A DNA stretch of 56,283 bases from Dimargaris cristalligena (Eukaryota): contig ML002256.1 of NCBI GenBank assembly GCA_003614675.1, forward strand, positions 1-56,283, written 5' to 3'. A program made the position numbers and the translations under genes. The notes beneath the pieces were generated by a model. That model made no database searches, was not told the DNA's origin, and worked only from the letters and a program-made list of their open reading frames with translations. Shown here in pieces: positions 33,201 through 45,021 of this stretch (its first letter is position 1; every line of letters begins with the position of its first letter).

Positions 33201-34807
33201 CAATACACTACAACGTGTGCTATATACCATGTAAACGGTGGTGAATTGCTGGTAAATGTGTAAAGTCAGTGTGGGGGCTGAAATGCCTTCACGGTTATCC
33301 GAACTAAGACTTGATGATCGGCCTAAAATCAACCCTAGAGACGGTGGGTAGGTGGGGGGAGGAGGCTTACTATAGGTTAATGGTACCACGGCCGACCCGA
33401 TACTCGTTTGAGACAACAAATACCTGGGGTTCAAAACACGGGTTGAGGGGGGGGGGAGGCAGGAGGCGGTGTGCTATTATATCCGCCCTTTTGCTACCAA
33501 CCAGCCCTTTTGAGCATTTCGATCACTGAGGGTGGTAGTGTTTAGGCCATTTCCTATGGGAACATGAAGGTCTTCGACACCAATGCTGGTGGTGCAGTAA
33601 TGCCCAGTAACGCCCATTTAGATATAGACAAGGACCAAGGCCTCACACCCACTCACTCTCTCCCACAGCGACGAAACTGGCCATGTCGCCTTAGTCCTAC
33701 GGGTACCCTCCCATCCCTTTACCCATGACAAAGAATTCGAAACTTTACTAACCACCAGCGGGATTCTCCTAACCCTCCCCGCCCGCTTTTAATGTATACT
33801 CCAAATTTAAAATGGCGTACTTTCACTACCCACTTTGAGTAAAAACTAGTGTTCATGAAGCGAAACAACATGCTGCAGCTGGAGTGTGCGTGGAAAAAGA
33901 AATAAAGTAATTAGTATTATTATTATTGGCGGCTTCTTTACTCTTCATTTCTAGGCGTAGCTTTAGAATTACATCTTCATTGGAAACTAATAACGTAGGC
34001 AATGGGAGAATGTAAGTGGGTTTCCCGACATGGTGAAGGATCTGGAATGGGAGGGGTTGGCGGAGTCTAGAGCTAGGCTTAGGATGGAATGGGGATTTTG
34101 TGACAAGTCCAAGAGCTGCCCGAAGGATTTTCACCTGAATCGGCCCTAAATCCCACCCATATGCTAGAGGGGAAAAGGAGAGAGAGGGATTTAATCGCGA
34201 ATGTCGAGCGGATTTCTATCTATACCTCTTCCGCCTTCATGGAGTTCTCTTTCTCACTCTCTTTGCTAGACTGGTTAATGCCAATGGAGCCCCTCGGGTT
34301 AGATACCCACATGCAGACTTAATGCTTAACCGAAATTCTAAAAAAAACACACCTAGTAATGACTAAGCGCAGGATATACAAGGCTATCAGACCTTTCGTA
34401 TTTTTTATGAACTCATGTAAGAATACACCTGAAGGAATCGATGGATGGTATATAAAGGCGGGTGCACCCGCCCGTTATTTTCTTTCGTCAGGTTATCCTT
34501 CATTTACACCTTACGATTTATTCTAATGCAAGCATAGGCCCAATACCATTGCTACTCCCAACTAGTCTACTCCCCTTAATCATTACCATTACCATTATCA
34601 CTTCATCGTCCACGTCTTCTGCTTACTCATATTTCCTCGACAAACTTACAAAGGTTGACTCAATATCTACCCTTTGTACTACGAATTCATTTTCCAAGGG
34701 CATTCTATACTCCCACCTCCCACCCAATAATCCTACACCACCCACTCTACCGAGCCACTAGCTCCGTACTCACACGCCATCCCCTTAAACCCAAGCCCGA
34801 AAGAGAA

Positions 34808-34831
34808 ATATATATATATATATATATATAT
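34808..34831. repeat. (TA)n microsatellite ending a few nt before the ATG of the 65 aa peptide gene
   Basis: Direct reading. Confidence 0.85.
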
Positions 34832-34835
34832 CAGA

Positions 34836-35033
34836 ATGATGTCCTTCAACCTCCGCACCATCGCCACCACTGCTCTCGTGGTCTCCACCATGTTGGCCTG
34901 GAACTGCACCCCCGCCCTGGCCAAGCCCGTGGATACCCCTACTGCAACGCTTCCCGCCGGTGCCACGGTAACCATCATTAGCCCGGACGCTACTTACGCT
35001 GCGTACATGTTCGGCTGGAATAACGGTTGGTAA
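34836..35033 (+). CDS. Very small secreted peptide precursor (65 aa) with aromatic C-terminal peptide YAAYMFGWNNGW
   Basis: ATG after a (TA)n tract, signal peptide ending ALA|KP, GC-rich codon usage against an AT-rich background, TATATAAA at 34449-34456. Confidence 0.7.
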   Translation: MMSFNLRTIATTALVVSTMLAWNCTPALAKPVDTPTATLPAGATVTIISPDATYAAYMFGWNNGW

Positions 35034-36178
35034 ACTTGGGTACTATCCAAACCCACCACCTATCCGCCAACACGTAGACCCCCGCGCGCACATCCGTCCG
35101 TCTGTCCGACCATCCAGCCTTCTTTAATCATTGACGCCTCGAGTATGATCCGCATACGCCACGTGGAGCTGTTGTACCTTCCTGGTATCCCCTTTGAACG
35201 ATATCATGAATGATACACGATTTTTCTTTTACTTCCTTTAATTTCTTTACTCGAATGTTTAAGTGGTTTTTTTTCACGAAGACGATGGTTGTACTCTAGT
35301 TTTCCAAGAGTATCTCACTTTTTTGAATGGCAATTGCACCTATTGTTCAGTCCCAATATACGTGTTCCTTGTTAAGAACTAAACGGCCTCATCTCACTTA
35401 ATGCACCCCCGAAATAAAACTGATTGTTTACAATTACATAACTCCAGGGCCTGCCTTTATCCATTAAGCGTATAGGCATTGATCAAATTGGCGGGGTATT
35501 GTAATTGTATGTGACACTGGACTAACTCAAAACCCATCACGGGCGGGAGGATGAGAAGATAAGTGAGCAAATGGCATTTTCAGTTTGAAGCGACCAATAG
35601 TCCAACAGACTATTTACTAAGACATTACAGTGTATGTCCCCCACTCATTTTCCCATTAATACACCATTCAATAGCAAATACTACCAAATACCAATGGCTA
35701 CCCCTCTGTTCCCGATGGATATTCAGTTACTAGGTATTACACCAAGGCAGGGCCACAGTTTTACCACGGAACTCTAAAATCACTGTGTTTTAATAACATC
35801 AATAAAAATATGGGGGAGGGTGTATAAATATAATGTGGATCAGAACCAAATCACTGTTGTAAAAATACACTAAAAACCGGAATGCTTATTTACAGTGTTG
35901 ATGAAAGTGTTACCAATATGGCAATGAATTTTAATTGACAAGGAAGAATAGACGGTAATTATTTAGCAGCAGGAATGATGAATGAGGTTCAATAAATATC
36001 ATATATTTCGAGGGAGGGGGCTATATCATAAATTGGCGTGTATGTGTATAAAACAAATGCTGGAAAGGGTGGGGGAGCCATTACATGGATCAAAAACCCT
36101 GCATAGCCAGCCTTCCGGCCTACTGCAATAGCCTCTGAATCCAACATGGACAACTGCTTGATTGGTTCGGCTGGTGCA

Positions 36179-39100
36179 TCATGGTGTATTGGTGCTGTTT
36201 GAAGTGCCCATATTGCGATTAGTCAAGAAGTCATAGTCGTCGGGGTTGGTCAGGCAAGTATGGTAAACATGTAGGGGGAGAAACATGCGAGAGGATGCCG
36301 GCTGTGGGATAGTCTGGTCGGCTGGGTTCAGTTGGGTCTGGCAATTGGTGAGACTTTCGCGAATGAGTTTGCCCAAAAATGCCTTCGTCACCTACGTAAT
36401 ACAAAAACAAAAGAGAAAAAAAGAAGAAGTGAGCGAAAAAATAAAACAAAGGTTAGTGTATTCAAGCCTTTACACTGGGATGGCTGAACATACAGGGTTA
36501 ATTATCCAATAAATACGCTTGCCCATGTATATCGACACAAAGTGCCATTTGGGTATAGTGTGTCCTTTAAAACTTACTTGCGCCAAGATGGATCCTATTT
36601 CTAAACGTTTTGCCAAAAGCTGGGAGTTGGAATCCGCGAGTTTGTGGTTAGATTCCAGTGTACCTTGACCCGACAATATTGGGTCGTCCACCCCGCCTTG
36701 TCGCGGGGACATTATGCCCGAACCACTCAAACCATAATTAAGGAACGGTCGTAACCTGGACAAGCCCAACGATCCTGTAGCCGAGTACACCCAGTCGATG
36801 AAGGCGGTATACATGAGCCAAGGCAAAACCTGATCCAGATAAAGCGGTCGGTCGTTGGTGTTCGATGGATTGACCTTCCCTTCGACCATCGGCCGGTGCG
36901 GATCGACCGAAGTAGGAGGTGGAGCTAAGGAAGCCAAAAGGTTGTTCAGAGCTTCCAACCGGGGGAGGTTCATAATACTGTAATATGCGAACACGCGTTG
37001 GCTATCCAGTGCGACCATTGCCTCCAATAAACGGGATGGCGTGCGGGTGCGGTAGTCCCGGAGGTTGGCCAGGGTTGTTAAGGGCTGGGCCAGAGCGGGC
37101 GATGGGGCGAAGGTGAGTGCATCGAGACTGCTGTAATTGGATGACAGATTACCATGGTCTGCCGCTACTGAATCCGGTTGGGCCTCCCCAGCAGCATCTC
37201 TACATTCCCACATGAAGGGGTTGGGTGAAGCCATTATTGCTGGTCGATGTATTCGCGGGGCCCGGCTCAAGGACATGGGATAGCCCTTCGCATTGACAAT
37301 AAACTGGGCATAATATTCGTACCATTGGGTCACTGTTGACAGCACCAAGGGTTGGTTCAGGGACGGATCGGCTTCCGCCGCAGCCGTAAAGAAATCGGCT
37401 ACCCGGCCGCATTGACGGCCCTCCAAGTGGGGCAATAAATCAGATAGGCACATGCCGGTACCGCAGAGCCGACAATAGCACTCGTGTTCTATAATTGGTT
37501 CCGGGGTGTTTCTAACTACTTCGCCACCGGCTACTGACGCCTCAGGAGTTGCTGCTGCCGTCTCCGGCAGGGCCAAGGGGTCAATCGTGTCGGGACTAGG
37601 ACCGGGACCGAGATCAGCCGAAGCCAATTGAGTATCTTCGGCAGCCTTGAGAGCTTCTCTTTCACGCAATAGTAGTTCGGGTATGGACAGTACCGTATCG
37701 GGCGGAGGTAATGCCGGAGTTAAACCACTCAGGCGACACCACTGCAGAATAGTCCACGTTGATATATCACTCAGGGAAGCCTGCTGATCCTCTTCGATCC
37801 GCATATGCCGTTCGGCCTGGGCCGCTGTCAAACGGATACCCGATGCTACACATGAAGAGCGCCTCCTACTGGACTGGCCGGGTTGGTTCAAAGTCGGGTT
37901 CCCAGACATGCCACCGTTGGCTGTACCGGGGTTTCGTTCCGCCCAAAGTCGACTATATTTCGTAAATTTCTTATGCCAGTTTTTCCCCTGCCACGCTCCG
38001 CGGCGAAGAAAGTCCCGGATACAGCGGGCCCGGCGCCACTCCACCGCTTTCCGCTTACCCAGGGGCCACCGCCAGTATTCGGCTTCACTGGGTGCGGTAC
38101 AAAACGGAAGCCGTCGGTAACCGGTTTCCCATTGGGACCGTTCTGCAGGGGTTAGAATTAAGGGGAACCAGTCGGCCCCCACCATAAGCCAGGGCACGAC
38201 CATGGGTTCCAGCTGTAGAATGTCCTCGGGTGGGGTACGTTTCAGAGTTCGGGAGGGTGGGCCAGTGGCAGTTCCCCGGTGGGGAATATCTTCCAATGAA
38301 CCAGACACATCCAAATTCATTGCATCCCCCGTAGTTCTACTGCCAGCGCCGGATCCACCACCAGCCACCATTCCCCCGGAGCGATTATTAGCGGTGGGGG
38401 TAACGAATTCGGTCTGCCGGTCCAAGCTCAAGTCCACGATTTGTTCTTTACCGGGCACCTGCTCACCGCATTGGGTCTTGTCGAGGGTCAACAAATGATC
38501 GACATTCACGGGTTTGTTACGCTTGGCGTCCACGAAAAACAGGCGCAGTTTGATCAAGGACTCGCCCCAACCGTAACGGGATATTTGAAATTTAGGCCCT
38601 ACGATATCCACCACATCGTTGGGGCGGTACGATTCGTGTAGGAGTACTTGGATCCGCTCGATAAACGTGGATAGAGGGGGTTCGCCATCCGGAGTGGTGA
38701 CGTAAAGCATCCACCGATAGAGACAGTGCTGTCCATTGGGCGGGCGTTGCTTTTTGGGAAGAAATTTGGACACATCCCCCACGAGGATCCGCTTGGGGAT
38801 GTAGAACCGGGATTCGTTGTGCTGGACTCGACCCCGACCCATGAGTTTAGGAAAGGGTACGGGTAAGGATATCCCCGTAGGTGTTTCCGGAGCTGGTGGT
38901 TGGCGCTCGGGCACAGGTAAGGGACGGTCTAATTCATTCCCAAAATTGCCTAATGGGGGGTTATCCTGTGAGGTATCATGCTTAGCACCTGTCCTGGAAT
39001 CGACCTTCCGGTGGGTTTTACTGGGTTTGTTGAGGGCCCGATGGGATACCGCGGGGCCGGATTGAGAGGCCGTAGGGGTCATGGCCGCTGAAGTGGTACC

Positions 39101-40487
39101 GTCGGTGGGGCTATTACTATCCGAGTCCAGATCAACGTCTTCGTCGAAAACCTTGATACCGGGCTTCTGTTGAATGTATTCAAGCGCGGAATTGATTTGG
39201 GAGCGCTGGTTATCGTTGAGGGCACCACTAGATTGGATGCAACAGAAGTTGGAAAGGCGGACAATTGAAGGAGTGATGGTAAAAAAATACAATAGTGTAA
39301 GTGCAAAATAATCGGGATAAAATATTAGCAACTTATTCGGAGTATATATTTCATATATATATTGGACTAAGGCCACACTCACATACATTCCCGTATATGG
39401 ATTGGCCACGCTGTATATATTGTATATAAATGTAGATCTATATAAAGCCGAAAAGGCGGATATCTGTAAAGCCAATAGGCACCGGTTAGACTCTTAAATG
39501 ATGGATGAGATATAACATACTTTCTCATTAGGGCCGAAAGACCGGGGGTCGCTGAATTAGCGGACGGGCGCTGAGTCTGGGGTGCCGCAAAAGCACTGGC
39601 CGATGATAGCCAATTAGGTTGCAACGTCGTTCCAACGACGGTTTCCGCCGGCTGATCCAAGGGTACCCCGCATAGACGCACCGCTTCTTCATGACTAGCG
39701 AATTCCACGCTGTGCCGCAGACGGGTGTGATTTAAAAAGCCCTGAAGGGTGGAAAATTGCTCGCGTTGGCAAGTGGGGCAGACGATTTTAACCACCGAAC
39801 CGTCCATTAAATGAACGACTAGAGGGTCGCCCGCTACCGAGGAAGACTGACCCCCTTTGGAGGTACCCGAAATGGCCCGGGGGTCCCGCTCGTCGTAATT
39901 GAGGCGTTTGGCCCGACTACGGGCAGTTCGGCGACCGCTGGTCAAGGAAGCACGATCATCGGGCTGAGGCGAGGTTATGCGGCTGGGTTGACGGGTGACA
40001 GGTTCGGACTGAGGAACCAATCCTGGAATTAGGTGGATGTGGGCATAGCAACGGGAATGGCAGTGATGGCGAGGACGCGTTATTAGAGTAATGGTAGTGG
40101 TGGGGTGGGGGGGGGTATGAATGGCAGTGTATATTCAGTTAGACACACTCATAAACGACTGGTAAAACGAAGCCTAAGTGGTGTGGTGCATGTGAGGGGG
40201 GGGAGGCAGACAGGCGTCCAAGGGAATAGAACCCGAATGAGGGAGGGGGGTATAAGACTAGGAGGGCATAACTTACCTTGGGCTTTCCAACGCTGGTATT
40301 CCTGCACTGAGCGCTTACTGCGGACAATTTCTTCCTTTATAACAATTATTTCACGCTGCTTGAGGTGGATTTCTAGATCGAACTGGTACCGAATGATACG
40401 TTCTATTTTCTGACGGAGATCAGGGGGGCTGGCATCGGCCGGTGGGGAGCCCGCGGGTCGGTCGACTGAGCAGGGGGGAGTCGACAT
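36179..40487 (-). CDS. YEATS2: YEATS2-like chromatin protein (N-terminal coiled coil, Ahc1-like C2H2 finger, YEATS domain, C-terminal histone-fold-like region), ~1191 aa; exons 40487-40277, 40022-39521, 39227-36578, 36391-36179
   Basis: IIRYQFDLEIHLKQREI; CPTCQREQFSTLQGFLNHTRLRH; YEATS core YRWMLYV..LHESYRPNDVV..ISRYGWGE; YWRWPLGKRKAVEWRRA; C-terminal DFLTNRNMG. Three GT-AG introns keep the frame (phases 1, 2, 0). Confidence 0.85.
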
Positions 40488-42182
40488 GCGGGCAGAACGG
40501 GGAGAGGGACCGGTGTATATATTTATAGAACACAGTTATGTGGGCCAATGTAAAATACACGGAAAAATTAAATAAGAAAATAAACGACGAGTAAGACCAA
40601 GACAAGGTCGGTTCGAAATAAACTCAATAGGGCACAGGGTAGAGAGAGGGAGAAAGGGGAGGGAGGGCAGATAGGTCAAGAGGGTCCCTGGGACTCTACG
40701 TTAGTGGCATGCCCAAATACACGGGATGAATAGTCAAGCCAGCCCAATGCGCACATTCAACAGAGGAGTATATATATATACCAGGGGAGAAGAAGCCACA
40801 GAGTAGGTAGGTATTATTTTCTAGAATCTGATATGGTGGTGTGTTTACCCTCGGGTGACCATGGGTCCATGTTGGCCGGGCGCAAAAAGAATCGAGCGGA
40901 GCCTGTGGTCTAGCGGGGGAATGCAGACATAAACGACATGCACAGGGCACCCATAAAAGAGGAATAGCCTAGCAACAACTAGTAGAGTATAGTATACAGC
41001 AGTTTGGGGGGGAGTGACGACTACTATTGCAGGGACTTGAGTCTCATAATAAAGAGTATATATAGTATTAGTTGTTAAGGAGAGAAGGTCTGCGCAGCGG
41101 GTGGTCGCGGCAACTATTATAAGGCGAAAGAGCAAGAGCAAGACCAAGACCCAAAAAAGGCGAGAAAGGGGCTATTAAAGCAGTGGATGGGCAGGAATAT
41201 ATGGGAGTGAGGAGCTTATACCACCCGCCGTCCATCATCATGGCAGAGTCCTACCCGGTACGGAATAGCATCAGTCACCCAAATCTTCCACACTGGAAAC
41301 GTGCAAAAAGCAAAAGAAATTTAAAGGTAGAGGTAAAAATTTGGTGTGTGTGAGTGGACTTTTTGACGGCTTGGGTAAACCGGGGGTTGGTGGTGATAAA
41401 GTAAGTAGTGGTCCATTTTCTCCCATGGATTCTAAATAAAGGGGATTTTTGGGCTCATTAATTTTCCCACCCCGCCCGTGGAATAAACAAGGAATTATTG
41501 GGGGCATTGCTACTACCGTCTAGTGAAAAGCTAAAATGCACTTTACTACATATACTTTTCTTAGCACTACTGGCATATAAGCACCCATGCAACTTACCTC
41601 GCCCTTTCCCGACGCAAAGAACCGATCAATATACACCGCCACTAGGGCTAGGCAACCGAGCGGGGCGCCAGAATATACTGGAAGAGTATAGAGTATGCTC
41701 TAGAATTTAATATTAAGTAAAAGGATGGAGATATGGTATTATGAAAGATAGTGTGTGATACCTGTGTTTTTAGAGAAGAAAAAACACACACGTACATACG
41801 CAAGGAAAATGGTTCGCCAAGGAGGTGCAAGGGGATGCGAACGATCGTCGAGAAATAAGGCTGAGGGTTAAATGAAAGTATAAATACCGAAGGATGTAAT
41901 AGAATTATATTCTTAAGATGGACAAAAGAACGATAATAATAATAACAATGAAGGAGTAGAAAAGGCATTCCAGTGAGGGGCACACCCTTGGTGCCCATGG
42001 GAGTTATATATTAGTGGGATATGGTTGGTAGAAATGCGGTCAAGATGGGGTGAGAGGTGCATGTAACCAAAGGGCGCTGAATCAATCGATAATAGAGATA
42101 CAGAAGAGCACACCGCCCAAAGCAGAGAGGTATGGGAAACATAGGGTAAATGCTTGGGGGCAGTGATAGAGGTAGTAGAGGT

Positions 42183-43596
42183 TTAGTCCAGGAGAGTGAC
42201 TTCGTGGAAGACTCGTCCACGAATCCGACGGGTTTCCCCGTTGACGGTCAGAATAGCCTCGGCCTCATCAAACCATTCGTAAATGTAGGGTTTCGTAATC
42301 AAGGCTTCGATAATTTTCCGGAGGAGATAGGGCACTTGGCGCAGAATATTAAGCTTTACGAGGGTATTACGGGGCTGGAGAGCGATTTCAGCGTGGAAGG
42401 GTTTACCATCAACGGTTTGGCCATCCCAAATATACTGGACCTGTTGGGCGATTTCGTAGCCGGTTTCGGGGTCCCGCTCGAATTGCGCCGATTTGACTAC
42501 GCTGGCGTGGGTAGCGGCACACAGGTCACTGCCCATCGTGAGCGAACCCTTGTTCACCAGCACCTTGCCGTTCTTTTCGGTGGTGATGAACTGGAGCATG
42601 TTAAGCCCAATGTCCTCACCCACGAAATAGGCGAAGTTCCACCGCTGGGAGACGGTGTAGGGTTTCATGTCGGAATGGGCGTGGATAAACACCCCGCGGC
42701 CCGTCATGTCATAGCTGGTCTTGCCCACCTTAATGGTACCCGAGACATCCGCGGCTGGGCAGTAGATGTGCTTGATGAAATTGGGCTGCGATCCGCTCGC
42801 GGGCCCGTCCAGCGGGGACTGGTTCCCCATGTAGAAGCGCCCCTGTTCGCCAATCTTGAAGCCGGGGTTCCGTAGGCGGAAGGTCAGGCTGCCGTTGAGA
42901 TCATTGCCGCCGGTCATGGTCACCTCGTAGGAAGCATCCTGAATGGGGCTGTTCGGCTGGGCACTCAGGGAGCTTTTGATGGATAGGCCCTTGCATTCGG
43001 CGGAGAAGCGGTCCTTCGAGACGTGGATCTTACCCCCGTTGAAGGTCTGGAACGTGTTGTCCTTGCCGTTGGAGAAGGCGGCATTGACTTCAATCGTGGT
43101 AATAATTCTGGTTGGATAGACGGAAAGGGTGCATTAGGAACGATGCGGAGTTTACGGGAAATCAAGGGGTGGGTGGGATTAGTACCGAGGCGGAATTGAT
43201 ACAGTTGCTGTGCTGGTTAACCGTATGCTATGGGGGAAATGCTTGCGACTTACCCTACGTTGGCCCAGGCCAACTGGAAGAAAACAAAGACACCGTCGTT
43301 GGACTGCGTGTAGAAAGTCTGAGTCTCGGAACCGGTGCCCCCGGCAATCCAGGTGAGATCGTCAGCAGCGACGGCGGAGTATTGCGCTGTGGGAAAGTAG
43401 GACCGACGTCATGGGTACACCAGAATACGGAATTGGTTAATTTCAGACGGTGAATGCCACTGGCTCTTCTCTAGAGTCCGGAGAATAGGACTGGATGGCT
43501 CGCCTTGGCGACCTTGGTGCGTAGACCAGGGGTTAAGATATACCTGGCCGGGCTTCGACCTGGCGGAGGGTAAAAACGGGACTTACGTTGAGACAT
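42183..43596 (-). CDS. SVF1: Survival factor 1 (Svf1)-like lipocalin-fold lipid-binding protein, ~355 aa; exons 43596-43587, 43386-43254, 43107-42183
   Basis: DLTW..ETQTFY..FFQLAWANVG; PGFKIGEQGRFY; GRGVFIHA..MKPY..QRWNF; LRQVPYLLRKII..TKPYIYEW; HEVTLL. Two GTAAGT..CAG introns in frame. Confidence 0.88.
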
Positions 43597-45021
43597 GGTG
43601 GGTAATTTGGTAAAGGAGAGGGAATTATACGGTAGAGTGGAACGAGGGACGGGATGGAAGGGAACTGAGGTATAAAAACGAGAATAAACGACGGAAAAGA
43701 ATGAAAGAGGGAAAGGAGTTTGACCGACTATTTGGTATGGAGGGGGGTGGGCTGTATAATAAGGGGAAGAAGGGCCGCCACCAAAAATAGGAGTGTTGGC
43801 GAGTGGTCTGAAACGCCTGCTCAAGGGGCGCGCATACTACAACTAGACTCACCCGCCTTTATCCCGCGGGGAAATCAGTGTCCCCCCCGCTCCGGCCCAG
43901 CCATATCCCTGCAACCTTGGCGAGAAATCCTCCTAATGGTCAAATGATGCATCTATCTATCCCTCCCTCATGTCTATGGCTGGCTCCGGTATCATCAGAC
44001 CCGTCGATCAAAGGAAACCCCCCAAATTCAAGGGCGGTGGCGGTTGATTCACTCCCCGTAAAATTAGCCCTAATGTCCCCGTATTTCAACCGACGTATAC
44101 CATATTGAGCGTCCTTCGATCAATGACGAAAATAAATTAATTAGGGGAACCGCCCAGTATTGCCTTGGCGGAATATTTCAATCACTCCCTCCTCCACCTA
44201 ATAACATAAGTGACGCATGTTGGCCAATCGAGGCCCGTCTACACAGCACCTATTTGTGTCCCCACCTCACCACGATGATCGACCCCTCTCCTCCAGGAAC
44301 AACTGCTGTCTACAATTAACCTGGCCCGCAACTCCGCCGAGTCCGTTAAAATGATAAGGTGTAAAAATCGATTGGCTTACGCAATTGTCGACAAAAAATG
44401 ATACGACCAATACGCCACGATATTAACCCAGCCCCCTATCCTTACCTCCCCGACTCTTCTATTACGCACACTTTTACCCCTTATCTTTAGCCGGTCTACA
44501 TCAGAGTGGCACCCCACCTTGTATCTATTCCCTAGGAAATCCGCCAATACCTGCATTATAATCCGGCCTCCGAAGCCAATCCTCTAATCTAATCCATTCC
44601 GGAAAAACAAATACCCTGCCAAGACGAATCGAGTACCTTACCGTATACCATAATTTTTAAAGCCGGGCTATTTATCAAGCAATATTTATTTTACCTACAT
44701 TGAACAAAAACTAAAATTTATGAACAGAGGCGGAGGGAAGGTGGTAAGGGTGTCCACATACAATAAAAAAGAAGCCTATTAACGAGAACTAGTATAGAGG
44801 GTGAGGGGGAATCTCAATCTATACGTTCTAGTTACGAACACGAAACGGTAGCAAATACATATTGAAGATGGTGCTAGAAAGGGATGGGTGATCAATCTAC
44901 AAGCTTAAAACAAAAAGAGGCCGTCATAAAACAGCGGGATGCGCTAGGAAATTCCGGAAAGGTGAACCGACCCTGGGACGGGTGTGGCGAGGAGTTAGTA
45001 GCTAAACCGAAGGGGGGTTCG

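Noticed and set aside
35030-35117. Possible intron after the 65 aa peptide that might create a CaaX pheromone end
   Set aside because: Weak donor (GTAAAC), no clear branch point, and the product would end C-L-L-stop, which is not CaaX.
39228-39475. Hydrophobic N-terminus of the 1001 aa ORF, suggesting a membrane protein
   Set aside because: Lies inside intron 2 (39520-39228) of the YEATS2-like gene; AT-rich and not ATG-initiated.
42150-42875. 241 aa plus-strand ORF
   Set aside because: Antisense shadow of SVF1 exon 3; non-ATG start and no motifs; explained by the codon bias of the real gene.
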